From a virus, in the IMG/VR virus record IMGVR_UViG_3300025881_000006, positions 143,324 to 194,866 of that record: 51,543 bases of DNA; one strand, 5' to 3'. How positions within the stretch are numbered: the stretch's first letter is position 1; the number at the start of each line of letters is the position of its first letter. Positions 1-9,212 of the stretch are shown one piece after another. The position numbers and the translations under genes were made by a program. The notes under the pieces were generated by a model, which saw only the letters and a program-made list of their open reading frames with translations, had not been told where the DNA came from and ran no database searches.

Positions 1-2
1 AA

Positions 3-854
3 ATGTCTGGTGCCACTCAAGAAGAAGCTAAGTTTAAAATCGGTAGTGAAGCTCAAACGCTTTCTGTTGATTATAAAACTCCTTCATCTGGTTCAGATAT
101 CACTGAAAGCCTAAACGTGCTTGGCGCGCTTATGGACAGCTTCTTTGGTAAGCAAGCTAAATCGTTAATTGCTGCTGGTAAAGACATCGCTGATAAAATC
201 GGTTCGTTTGATGTTTCTACAGTAGACGCTGCGGATAGTTCACTTGCTGCTGTTAGTGCTGCCACTAAAGGTATTGACTTTAACGAAGTATCTAAGTTGG
301 CTAAAACTAAAGTTGCTACTAATGACAAACGCTTCCCTAAAGATGCCGCTGTTAAATCTCTTTCGTTGGTAGGTAATAAGTCTTTATTCTTTACTGAAGA
401 AATGGCTGAAGACTCAACTGATACAACTTTACGTCTTGCTGAGAAGCATCGTGCCTTGCGTGTTGAAATTCGTGAAACTGATTTCAATCCTAAAGAAGTG
501 AAGAAAGGTGATGTAGAAATCTCTACTATCTCTCCAGAAGATGTTGTAACTATCTGTGATGTGGTAATTAAAGTATGTGATTCTATTCTTGACTACGATG
601 CAAAAGGCCTTGAGTCTACTGCTGATGTTATCAAGAAAGCAACCAGTGACCTACAGAAGAAGCATGATGCCGCAGCTAAAGCTGAAGATTTCTCTACCGA
701 GATTCGTCAGTATGTGCTAAGTGCAGCTAACTTCAACGTAGCGTACACTCGTTGGTCTACTAAGACAAGTGCTACTTTAACTAGCCTGTCTGTAGCATCT
801 TGTCGTGCAGCAATTACTGTCGCACGTAAAAGTTTGTCTAACTATAAAAAGTAG
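3..854 (+). CDS. phiKZ-like internal head (inner body) protein, probably 5'-truncated by the window edge
   Basis: Ala/Lys/Ser-rich helical protein ending RKSLSNYKK; highly-expressed codon style; lies just upstream of the gp98-101-like block as the gp93-97 paralogs do in phiKZ (recalled synteny). Confidence 0.65.
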   Translation: MSGATQEEAKFKIGSEAQTLSVDYKTPSSGSDITESLNVLGALMDSFFGKQAKSLIAAGKDIADKIGSFDVSTVDAADSSLAAVSAATKGIDFNEVSKLAKTKVATNDKRFPKDAAVKSLSLVGNKSLFFTEEMAEDSTDTTLRLAEKHRALRVEIRETDFNPKEVKKGDVEISTISPEDVVTICDVVIKVCDSILDYDAKGLESTADVIKKATSDLQKKHDAAAKAEDFSTEIRQYVLSAANFNVAYTRWSTKTSATLTSLSVASCRAAITVARKSLSNYKK

Positions 855-881
855 ACATTTCGCTTTAGCTAAGTGATTTAG

Positions 882-917
882 TAAAGGTCTGGGGTAATAC
901 CTAGACCTTTATGCCGT
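882..917 (+). terminator. Hairpin + TATGCCGT gene-end element
   Basis: taaaggtctggg-gtaata-cctagaccttta, with TATGCCGT at 910-917. Confidence 0.7.
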
Positions 918-996
918 TAATCTATGTAGGTTGTCTGTAGCTTAGTCTGAGGGTGTGGTATTTGTTTGTGTGTTTTCCTGGGTATCACTAAACCAT

Positions 997-1205
997 TGCG
1001 GACGTAAGGGGGGTTAATAGCCCTCCTTATTTTTTACTGTACATCCGCATTAGTATGAGCAAAAGGTTCTCAACCACCTTAGCTCTTTTTTGGGTGACGC
1101 GGGCGGGTTTTGTAGGTTCCATAGCCTGCCTTTTGACCGCCTCTTTAATTCGCGTCTACCTCGCTAGCGGGGGAGTGTAAGTCTCTTATCGGACTTACAC
1201 TCCCC
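997..1205 (+). ncRNA. Candidate structured non-coding RNA
   Basis: ORF-free, locally GC-rich intergenic stretch with four successive stem-loops; several pairings need G-U and so favour the + strand. Confidence 0.4.
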
Positions 1206-1217
1206 TGTCTATGCCGT
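1170..1217 (+). terminator. 14-bp perfect hairpin + TATGCCGT
   Basis: ggggagtgtaagtc / gacttacactcccc, then TATGCCGT at 1210-1217. Confidence 0.7.
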
Positions 1218-1263
1218 TAATCTCCAATTTTATGTAAACAACTTTAATAATAGGAACGTAATC

Positions 1264-2814
1264 ATGCCCCGCATCGCAATAGATTTAGGAGATACCTACG
1301 AAAGCGTAGTACGGCCGTGTGCCCGTCAGGCATTATCTGATGTCATGCGGGTGACTGGTATCGACAGTGGTACTCGTGTTGTATTTCCCGGTAACGTTGA
1401 CCGTAGGGTTAACACAGGTAGTACATTAGATGATAAAGGTAGTGAAGTAGCATTCCATGAAGACGAAACGTTATTTGTAGAATTACAAGTGCGCTACTTA
1501 GATGAAGGGATGTTAACCTCCTCTACTTTTCGTAATGACACTTTACGTATATTCACTGACCATGACCTAGGTGTTTATATGTCACCTATAAAGGGACAGG
1601 CTGAGATAGTTATCTCTGTTCGTTATAAGTCACAGTCTCGCTCTGAAGCAGAACGTTGGATATCTGAAGTCAAACGTCGTACCGCTCAGGGGTTTAAAGA
1701 ATTAACACATGACGTAGAGTACCACTACCTTGTCCCTAGAGAGATGATAGTGATACTAGACGGTATTCATCAGTGTCGTGAAGCAGTAGAAGGATACGGT
1801 GAAACCTTAGGTGTTTATCTTAAGGATAAGTTTGCTAGTGCCATGACGTGGTTAAGTAATATCAGTGGTGCACAAAAGGCCATGGCTATCCGTGAGAAGC
1901 AGACGGGGATATTAGGACACTTTAACTTTGAGGGTGTTGCTGAGAAGGAAAAAGAGGAAGGTGATACGTGGGTTATTGCATTTGATTACACTATCAGAAT
2001 GGATAGACCTTATGGCGTGACCATGGAATATCCGTTAGTTGTACATAACCAACTGTTACCTGCCCACCTTTACGATACTACATTAGATTTCAATGAACCA
2101 TTGACGTTGTATCTATCTGATGTATCAAGAGCAGCTATGGACACGATTGCTAACCTACCTAATACTCATGCTGGTAGTCAAATAAGTGGATGGAGTATTC
2201 CTGCGTTTGATGATTGGTTACCTGACAAAGTAGTAACAGGCACTACAACCATTGCAAGGGTAATGTTAGCAGTTGATGCAGATAACCCTGCTCAGTTATT
2301 AAACTTAAGTGATTTAGGGGACTATCAGCTAATAGACATATTAGAAGATTACCTTAGACTCTACCCGGTAGAAGCTACGACTAATCGCATGACACCTATC
2401 TTATTTACGCTATATCAAGACGGTGAGATAATGTCTGACACGGTATTGACAATGGATACAGATGGTAATATTACCACTACCGTACCTTTATCACTTCGTC
2501 GTCGTTATCATTTGCGAATGAGTATGTATAATGACCTAACCTTATTATCTGACCGTGCTCTGGATAGATTACGTTCTACTGGTGATGTGGCGCTTACTAT
2601 CCTATACGCTCTAGAACCGTCTCTAAGGGACGATAAGGAACTTAAGGTGCTATCGGGTAACTATTTACCTAAAGTACCGTTCTGGAAGGCTGTGCGTCGT
2701 ATTAGAAGTACTAACAGTATATACAAGAATACGATTGAAGTGTCTAGGCAGACTGTAGCGACATGTACCGTAGTGTCACAACGAGGAGAATACCATGCCA
2801 GTAATGGGCAGTAA
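1264..2814 (+). CDS. phiKZ-like virion structural protein (gp98-like position)
   Basis: 516-aa ORF with SD agga; first gene of an overlapping 4-gene block; synteny. Confidence 0.55.
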   Translation: MPRIAIDLGDTYESVVRPCARQALSDVMRVTGIDSGTRVVFPGNVDRRVNTGSTLDDKGSEVAFHEDETLFVELQVRYLDEGMLTSSTFRNDTLRIFTDHDLGVYMSPIKGQAEIVISVRYKSQSRSEAERWISEVKRRTAQGFKELTHDVEYHYLVPREMIVILDGIHQCREAVEGYGETLGVYLKDKFASAMTWLSNISGAQKAMAIREKQTGILGHFNFEGVAEKEKEEGDTWVIAFDYTIRMDRPYGVTMEYPLVVHNQLLPAHLYDTTLDFNEPLTLYLSDVSRAAMDTIANLPNTHAGSQISGWSIPAFDDWLPDKVVTGTTTIARVMLAVDADNPAQLLNLSDLGDYQLIDILEDYLRLYPVEATTNRMTPILFTLYQDGEIMSDTVLTMDTDGNITTTVPLSLRRRYHLRMSMYNDLTLLSDRALDRLRSTGDVALTILYALEPSLRDDKELKVLSGNYLPKVPFWKAVRRIRSTNSIYKNTIEVSRQTVATCTVVSQRGEYHASNGQ

Positions 2815-4159
2815 TACCACAACTAAACCAAATAAGACGGTTGTAAAGAAAGCAGCGGATATGAAAGCGCTGATTACTTCAACGTCTACTCCCGATGCGG
2901 CCAAGCGTTCACACCTATCTGAGGTAGTGGATACTGAGGTCATTAATGCAAATGCCCTACTAACCATGGTAGAAGGTAGTAAGTGGACGGTTAACTACTA
3001 TTCACAAGTACTAACTAGTGAGAGTGCGGGTAATAACCAATCGTTCGACCAAGACCCTGTACATCAACAGTATCGTTTTATAGTGGGGATGGAGTTTAAA
3101 GTATCTACCCCATTAGACCAGTCTGAAAATGGCGAGACGGGAGAGTTCCAAGTAACAGGCACCGCACTTACTTATCCCGGCTGGATACCTAACGAAGGTG
3201 ATATGTTTATTGCCGATGTAGGTGATGGACGCTCTGGTGTATTTGGCGTTACTAATACAAATCGTAAGTCGATGTTTAAAGATGCTGTATTTGAAATTGA
3301 ATACACTATGGTATCGTACTTAACGGTAGAGCGTGAATCTGACCTTTCTAACAAGGTAGTAAAGACTGAATACTTCAATAAGGAGTTTTTAGTTGCCGGT
3401 GAGAATCCGTTCTTAGATACGGAACAGCATAAGTGGGAAAAGGATTTAAAGACTGAGTACCAACGTTTAGTACTTGTTTACCACAAGTCATTCTACTCTA
3501 GGGAGAATAAAACTATTACCTCTCCTTGTGATTGTGTCTTTTATGATTACTTCTTATCTAACATGTTTTCTAAAGTAATATCTCGTAACGACCTTGCCGG
3601 TCTACCTGAGCCTACCTTGAAAGCATTAGGTGGAGATATCAATAAAGATGTATTTACACTTTGGGATATGTTGATTCGTCGTGATAAAAGCCTGATGTTT
3701 ATTCTTGCTACTCGTTTTAGAAAGGTTAAAACTACTGAGTTTGCAATGCAACCGTACTTTAGTTCCATTGCGATGAGTGATATTAACTTTGCCATTTGGC
3801 CAATGAGTGAGCTTACACATGCGGAAAAAGTATGCCACAAGTCTAGAGATAGTTTGTTGGATGACATTGCTAACAGTACTGATAATCCACTGGTTATCTA
3901 TTCTAGTCCGGACAATATCGACATTTACGATCCTGACCATGACCCGTTTTATGTTTTCAGTAAAGCGTTTTATGAAGAAGATAACACGAAGATGAGTGCG
4001 TTAGAAAGTCTAACCTACGATTATCTACAACACGAAGCTTTGAGTTTAGATACGTTGTTACGTTTAGCCAAGGCCAGTGATGAATGGACGCCTCTCCAAC
4101 GATTTTATTTTATACCAGTAATGCTCATCTTAATAAAGGTGTCTATTAAAGGAGTGTAA
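2795..4159 (+). CDS. phiKZ-like virion structural protein (gp99-like)
   Basis: 454 aa; motifs VEGSKWTVNYYSQ and PNEGDMFIADVGDGR recalled from this jumbo-phage family; SD gaggag. Confidence 0.6.
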   Translation: MPVMGSNTTTKPNKTVVKKAADMKALITSTSTPDAAKRSHLSEVVDTEVINANALLTMVEGSKWTVNYYSQVLTSESAGNNQSFDQDPVHQQYRFIVGMEFKVSTPLDQSENGETGEFQVTGTALTYPGWIPNEGDMFIADVGDGRSGVFGVTNTNRKSMFKDAVFEIEYTMVSYLTVERESDLSNKVVKTEYFNKEFLVAGENPFLDTEQHKWEKDLKTEYQRLVLVYHKSFYSRENKTITSPCDCVFYDYFLSNMFSKVISRNDLAGLPEPTLKALGGDINKDVFTLWDMLIRRDKSLMFILATRFRKVKTTEFAMQPYFSSIAMSDINFAIWPMSELTHAEKVCHKSRDSLLDDIANSTDNPLVIYSSPDNIDIYDPDHDPFYVFSKAFYEEDNTKMSALESLTYDYLQHEALSLDTLLRLAKASDEWTPLQRFYFIPVMLILIKVSIKGV

Positions 4160-4163
4160 ACTC

Positions 4164-4727
4164 ATGGCAAAGGTAAAGCAGCCCCACACGTGGGCATTTA
4201 AGTTATTTCACTATCCATTTCAGTGTATGATTCCTAACATGTTTATTTTCAGTGAACGTGAACAGCAGACCGTTGGGGTGTTTTCTACTGGTACTGTGGA
4301 TGGTGATGAGGAGTGGGCTAACCGTTTGTCTCCTTACATGACAACGATTGCTAAGTTGGCTGAGATATACGACGAGGATGGGATGTTTGAGTTTATTCAA
4401 CCTACCGACTCACTCAAGGCATACAACATTATCCATGGACACTTAAGTGATTGTGTGGAAAGAGCAAAGACCCGTATCAACGGTACTGCTCCTCCTATCG
4501 ATGATTTGAAACTATTGGATAGGTTAGCTGCTGAGATTTATCGCAGTGCTAAAGTGGAAATGGCTGTTAACTACGAAACACCAGACTTGATTAAGAAGTT
4601 AGAAATGATGAGTCCGTTTGCTGCACCTTCTAAAGAGAAGTTAAACAAAGTAGCAGACAAGCATGACCCCATCACTAATCTCATTATAGGTCAGGATGTT
4701 GAGGATATGAACAAATGGCGACAATAG
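4164..4727 (+). CDS. Conserved jumbo-phage hypothetical protein (gp100-like position)
   Basis: 187-aa ORF, SD aaggag, tightly packed in operon. Confidence 0.5.
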   Translation: MAKVKQPHTWAFKLFHYPFQCMIPNMFIFSEREQQTVGVFSTGTVDGDEEWANRLSPYMTTIAKLAEIYDEDGMFEFIQPTDSLKAYNIIHGHLSDCVERAKTRINGTAPPIDDLKLLDRLAAEIYRSAKVEMAVNYETPDLIKKLEMMSPFAAPSKEKLNKVADKHDPITNLIIGQDVEDMNKWRQ

Positions 4728-6118
4728 ACAATACGTCTATCTATCAAGATATCATTGAGATAGCTTCACAACCAGCTCTAGATACTCACTATCGTTACGA
4801 AGTTGAGTTTTGGATTGGGGATGAAAAGATAAAAGCTATTAAGGTGATATCGCTAGATAGAGTGCGTAACTACTCACAAGACCACAGTGACGTAATTATG
4901 TTACGAGTAGCGGTTGGGTTAGGTACGTACACACATCGCCTATATCCGTTTAAGCAATCTCTTAGCGTTAAACTGTATCAAAAGGAAGTCCTACCAGCAG
5001 GTGGTGGTAAAGACTTAGATAGTGTACCTATCGTTAGTGAAGACTACGAGGCAATATTAGTAGATGCTGTGTCGCCTAGTCTAGTTAACGGTACTCAGGC
5101 AGCGGATGATGAGGAAACTGGAGACAGGTCTGACATTGTCACATTAGATGTACAATTGATTGAAAAGGTAGCCAACGTCCAACGGGGTGTTGAAGTAGGA
5201 GGTGTATTTAGAAATACAACAGTGCAGAAGGTAATTAAGTTACTGTTCTCTGCTGAAGTAGATGTAGATAAACCACCTATCCTACCTTTCATCAGTCAAG
5301 AGTATATTGATGACCAAATCCGAGAGGCTGTAGTTGGATGTGATATTGTGGACTGTGACAATACAACCGTCTATGACCACATCGTTATCCCTCACGGTAC
5401 ACGCTTAGTTGACGTACCACTATATTTACAACGTGTGTATGGTGTGTATAATAGCGGTATAGGTTACTACTATCAGCATGGCATTTGGTTTGTATATCCG
5501 CTCTTTAATCCCATGAGATTTAATGACGAGACTAATCATCTTATCATTGCTAATGTGGCTGCTAATAGAATGCCCGGTATAGAGAAATCGTATCGTATAG
5601 AGGAACCTATCTTCTACGGCAAGACATTTATCATCGCCACAGGAGATGTAGTGCATCAGGATACGACCGAAACCTTACAGTTAAATCAAGGTAACGGTTA
5701 TGTCATGGGACGCACCTCTGGGATGTTAGACCGCTTTAGCGATGCCACTGCAAACGTAGTCACTGTCAAGGGTGATGATACTACACTAGAAGGTTTAGTC
5801 GAAAGTCGTAGTGGCCACAACTTTATACGCACAGCTAAAGAACATATATCCGATAACACTTATTTACAAAACAGTAGACTTGCCAAACAGGTAGGTGCGC
5901 TGGTTCAACTTAGGTGGGATAATTCTAAAGCTAAAGTACTTTACCCCGGTATGCCTTTACGGTTACTTTACATAAAGGGTGGAGAAGTCGTATCTCTAAA
6001 TGGTTGTGTGTTTCAGGTAGAAGAACAATCCTCTGTGGTTGAATCTTCACCTAGCGAACATCGACATGCCCGCAATGCAGCAATTACTATCTTTGTACAA
6101 AGGGATAAGTTGGATTAA
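4715..6118 (+). CDS. Putative baseplate hub/tail structural protein (gp101-like)
   Basis: 467 aa, beta-rich; YLQRVYGVYNSGIGYYYQ and LYPGMP motifs; synteny. Confidence 0.55.
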   Translation: MATIDNTSIYQDIIEIASQPALDTHYRYEVEFWIGDEKIKAIKVISLDRVRNYSQDHSDVIMLRVAVGLGTYTHRLYPFKQSLSVKLYQKEVLPAGGGKDLDSVPIVSEDYEAILVDAVSPSLVNGTQAADDEETGDRSDIVTLDVQLIEKVANVQRGVEVGGVFRNTTVQKVIKLLFSAEVDVDKPPILPFISQEYIDDQIREAVVGCDIVDCDNTTVYDHIVIPHGTRLVDVPLYLQRVYGVYNSGIGYYYQHGIWFVYPLFNPMRFNDETNHLIIANVAANRMPGIEKSYRIEEPIFYGKTFIIATGDVVHQDTTETLQLNQGNGYVMGRTSGMLDRFSDATANVVTVKGDDTTLEGLVESRSGHNFIRTAKEHISDNTYLQNSRLAKQVGALVQLRWDNSKAKVLYPGMPLRLLYIKGGEVVSLNGCVFQVEEQSSVVESSPSEHRHARNAAITIFVQRDKLD

Positions 6119-6133
6119 TACTCCAGCTTATCT

Positions 6134-6147
6134 CAAACCTACATTAC
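6134..6147 (+). promoter_or_regulatory. Candidate phage early-promoter motif copy 1 (caaacctacattac)
   Basis: Variant of the YAGACCTAYATCA motif found at three other intergenic sites. Confidence 0.5.
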
Positions 6148-6193
6148 CCGAATGAATACAATAAACCTTACTACTATAATAAAGGATACTACC

Positions 6194-6703
6194 ATGCTTA
6201 CTTCAAATACTTTAATCACTACCGCGCTTATGGCTAGAGTTAGCCAATACTCTTCATCTGTAAAACGTTTACATGCGCTACTGCAAGACGTTAACAGTAA
6301 CGAAGAGATAGACATGTATTATAATAACTTTATTATCACGTCACAAGTCCCTCCTGCACTCTTAGAGACATGCATGGATTGGGTAGCTAGTGTAAATGAA
6401 TTATCGCCAGATAGATTACGAATGTTAGCTGTTATTAATCTGATTATCAATACCATGTCCAAGTTAAACTTACTAGACGAACATTTCGTTGAGGAAGGTG
6501 CGGCATTCTCTAGAGACATTAGTAAATTAGATTTTACTAAGTTTGAGTATGTGTTTGAAAGTATTACTGAAGATAACTGGGACGACAAGAACATTACCCC
6601 ACAGGAGTTAACTGTGGTTTACGAATATGCTCCGCTATTGGCAGAGTGTTACAGCATTCTAATTGAAAGGGTGCGCAAAGATGATGCCAGACAACTCAAT
6701 TAG
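6194..6703 (+). CDS. Hypothetical protein
   Basis: ORF track 6152-6703; ATG 6194 preferred because SD aagga precedes it. Confidence 0.55.
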   Translation: MLTSNTLITTALMARVSQYSSSVKRLHALLQDVNSNEEIDMYYNNFIITSQVPPALLETCMDWVASVNELSPDRLRMLAVINLIINTMSKLNLLDEHFVEEGAAFSRDISKLDFTKFEYVFESITEDNWDDKNITPQELTVVYEYAPLLAECYSILIERVRKDDARQLN

Positions 6704-6712
6704 GGGTACGTT

Positions 6713-7537
6713 ATGAATCGTGTAAGTAAAGATCGTTTGTATAAGAAAGTGATGTTCAACCTGTACGCATTTAGAGTGTTTCGCATTGCGTTTATAGGCG
6801 TAGTGTTATACGGTATACATATGGGATTAAATGCTCAGGAGATACCCCGCTCATTCTCCACGTCCGTTAAGTGGATGATAGAGGATGTATACAAAGATAA
6901 CCATAAGTCGTTCTACTGCGGCTGTGCCTTTGATGATAAACAACTCACAGGCACTAGTTGTGGGTATATACCAAAAGACGCATACACGTCTAGCGGTAGT
7001 GTTAATACCAGAGCCTTTAGTATTGAAGGGGAGCACGTAGTCCCTGTTTCTCGATTAGCTACTAACTTAATGTGTTGGGGAGATGAACGAAAGGACATAG
7101 AGGCTTGTTATACAGGTTCTGGTTCTTTACTCTCTGGCAGAGCATGTTGCGCTAGGGTAAATGATGATTACCTTTATGCTCAGAATGATTTAGTTAATCT
7201 AGTACCTGCAATAGGACAAGTCAATAACCAACGCAGTGATAAACTCTTTGGGGAAGTGACAGGTGAACCTAGGGACTTTGGTATGTGTGATGTAGAAATT
7301 ACAGACACCATCATAGAACCTGATGAACCTATCCGTGGTGACATAGCCAGAATTCATTTCTATATGGTTGAAACTTACGGACCTGCCCTAGGTATAGGCA
7401 TAGAAGATTTTCCAATGGACGTTCTACGGTACTGGGATTTAAAAGACCCTGTTAGTGCTGAAGAAATAGAGCGTAATAAACGAATCTGCACCCTGCAAGG
7501 TAAAGGTAATCGCTACGTTGGAACGTGCGATAACTAG
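6713..7537 (+). CDS. endA: Endonuclease I (EndA/Dns family), exported or membrane-anchored
   Basis: FYCGC, EGEHVVP, DLVNLVPAIGQVNNQRS, RGDIARIHFYM, DPVSAEEIERN..QG.GN motifs; N-terminal hydrophobic segment. Confidence 0.9.
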   Translation: MNRVSKDRLYKKVMFNLYAFRVFRIAFIGVVLYGIHMGLNAQEIPRSFSTSVKWMIEDVYKDNHKSFYCGCAFDDKQLTGTSCGYIPKDAYTSSGSVNTRAFSIEGEHVVPVSRLATNLMCWGDERKDIEACYTGSGSLLSGRACCARVNDDYLYAQNDLVNLVPAIGQVNNQRSDKLFGEVTGEPRDFGMCDVEITDTIIEPDEPIRGDIARIHFYMVETYGPALGIGIEDFPMDVLRYWDLKDPVSAEEIERNKRICTLQGKGNRYVGTCDN

Positions 7538-7545
7538 TAAGGACT

Positions 7546-7587
7546 AGGGCGGGCTTTGTGCCTGCCCTGCTTTATATTCTTTTTTTT
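7546..7587 (+). terminator. Intrinsic-type terminator
   Basis: agggcgggc-tttgt-gcctgccct followed by a T-rich tail. Confidence 0.6.
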
Positions 7588-7607
7588 AGTGATATTGGAT
7601 AGTTGTG

Positions 7608-7736
7608 ATGAATAAGGTTGGGAGTAATTCTACTGGGGATGCAGTAGAAGAGATGGAAGAGTTTTGTACTAAAGGTGTACGTAGGTTGGTTATTGTGTCG
7701 GTGACTATCGCTTTATTAATTTTATGTGGATTGTAA
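7608..7736 (+). CDS. 42-aa small protein with C-terminal hydrophobic segment (not in ORF track)
   Basis: Manual translation MNKVGSNSTGDAVEEMEEFCTKGVRRLVIVSVTIALLILCGL; stop lies 1 nt before the next ATG. Confidence 0.5.
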   Translation: MNKVGSNSTGDAVEEMEEFCTKGVRRLVIVSVTIALLILCGL

Positions 7737-7737
7737 T

Positions 7738-7893
7738 ATGAGTTTAGATTTTGATGATTTTGAATTGCCCGATATGGACGAAGAAGCATTAGAGCGGACA
7801 CATGCTGCTAGAATAAAAGAGCAGGATGAAGAAGCAAAGGCTTTGACTGAAGGTGACACTGATGAGTGTGAAGGTGGGGCTTGTAAGATATAA
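7738..7893 (+). CDS. 51-aa acidic peptide with NrdA-like C-terminal redox tail (CEGGACKI); not in ORF track
   Basis: Manual translation MSLDFDDFELPDMDEEALERTHAARIKEQDEEAKALTEGDTDECEGGACKI; followed directly by a hairpin. Confidence 0.8.
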   Translation: MSLDFDDFELPDMDEEALERTHAARIKEQDEEAKALTEGDTDECEGGACKI

Positions 7894-7896
7894 TTA

Positions 7897-7928
7897 GAGG
7901 AGACCGCAATGGTCTCCTCGTTATGCGT
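7897..7928 (+). terminator. Hairpin + TATGCGT between convergent genes
   Basis: gaggagacc-gcaat-ggtctcctc, then ttatgcgtttt. Confidence 0.7.
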
Positions 7929-7931
7929 TTT

Positions 7932-8519
7932 TTATTTGTAATAATACTCTATTAACTTTACTCTGTTGACACGGCAAACCATTAGTGCTCCAGCGGCTAA
8001 TATTCCTACTAGCAATACACTAACAGAGAAGTACAGAAATAAACCACCAACGATAGCACCTGCTGCAATGTAGGTAGAGTTTAATTTAGTATCCAGAAGT
8101 GCATATTCATCATCCCCATTTACTACTTTAGATTCAACGGTGGAACCTATAGAGCGCATTAGTACATTGGTAGTGATTATCATCCAAATGCTTAAGATGA
8201 TAATAGGCTCACTGTAATAACCCAAAGCTGCTATCGTTGCTAGTGATATAGCCACAAAGTCTGTTATAATAGTCGTCTTCATACACTTCAGTGCGTGCTT
8301 AGGCGGATAACTAGACAAAGGCCCTATCGCTAATATCAATAAGGTGTAAAGTGAATAGACGTATTCTTTATAAATGGCACCATCAGCTCCCCATAACCCT
8401 ATTATAGTTTTGGTAGTGAGTACGACCGTAAGTGCACCGGCTACCATAACGCAGCACTTTGCCATCTGTTGTTGTTTCCGTTGTGGAGAAAGTGATGTAA
8501 TATCAGCTATAGTGAACAT
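7932..8519 (-). CDS. Multi-pass membrane protein, unknown function
   Basis: 195 aa with about 5-6 hydrophobic stretches. Confidence 0.65.
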   Translation of the reverse strand: MFTIADITSLSPQRKQQQMAKCCVMVAGALTVVLTTKTIIGLWGADGAIYKEYVYSLYTLLILAIGPLSSYPPKHALKCMKTTIITDFVAISLATIAALGYYSEPIIILSIWMIITTNVLMRSIGSTVESKVVNGDDEYALLDTKLNSTYIAAGAIVGGLFLYFSVSVLLVGILAAGALMVCRVNRVKLIEYYYK

Positions 8520-8627
8520 GGTATTTCCCGTTGTGTTTAATTAATCTATAGTTTACATTTAGTTATTTATTACGCACAGTACCCTTCTATGCTACGATAA
8601 AGTATATATTAAATTAGGAAGTAGTGT

Positions 8628-9212
8628 ATGTTATTCACTGTAAATAAAAATACCAATAGACTCCAGTTGTCACAGTTATTAGAAAACGTTCAAATGTTAC
8701 AAGCTGAGTTTAATAAATCAATGAACGGTGCGAGTTATCAAGAGTACTTCTTATTTATTATTGGGCTAGGTAAACAGCTTAGTAGAGGTAGTAAGGTTAT
8801 AGAAAGTAAAGAAATGACTACCCTGTGGCATAAAGGTGTTGTAGTAGCAGATAATGATACCTGTACCATTCATGTATCGCTAGTGCCTGAAGGTAAAGAT
8901 GCTGTACTTGATATAAAGAAGCGTAACAAAGACATATTAAAGAACGAAACCTCCATCACCTACTACGGTCAATATCTTAAAGGTAGAAAGTGGGCATGGG
9001 TACCTTTTATCCATAATGAATACCGATGGCGTTTCCAAGTCAGCTTTAAAGACCACGTGGTGGGAAGGAAGATGTATATTCATCATCTACTAACTCATCT
9101 GAAGATAGGTCTTAAGGTATCGATGAACGATAAAGGTAATCCAAAGATAAGTGAACACGAAGCAATACGTATCAACCCTATTGTTAATGAAATAACAAGG
9201 ATAACACAATGA
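8628..9212 (+). CDS. Hypothetical protein
   Basis: 194-aa ORF, SD agga, ATGA overlap with thyA. Confidence 0.6.
   Translation: MLFTVNKNTNRLQLSQLLENVQMLQAEFNKSMNGASYQEYFLFIIGLGKQLSRGSKVIESKEMTTLWHKGVVVADNDTCTIHVSLVPEGKDAVLDIKKRNKDILKNETSITYYGQYLKGRKWAWVPFIHNEYRWRFQVSFKDHVVGRKMYIHHLLTHLKIGLKVSMNDKGNPKISEHEAIRINPIVNEITRITQ

Noticed and set aside
997-1205. tRNA, tmRNA or SRP RNA
   Set aside because: No cloverleaf with T-loop and CCA, and no recognisable SRP or tmRNA signature by eye; kept only as an unknown ncRNA candidate.
7586-7801. 71-aa minus-strand ORF in the track
   Set aside because: Antisense to two better-supported + strand small ORFs (7608-7736 and 7738-7893).
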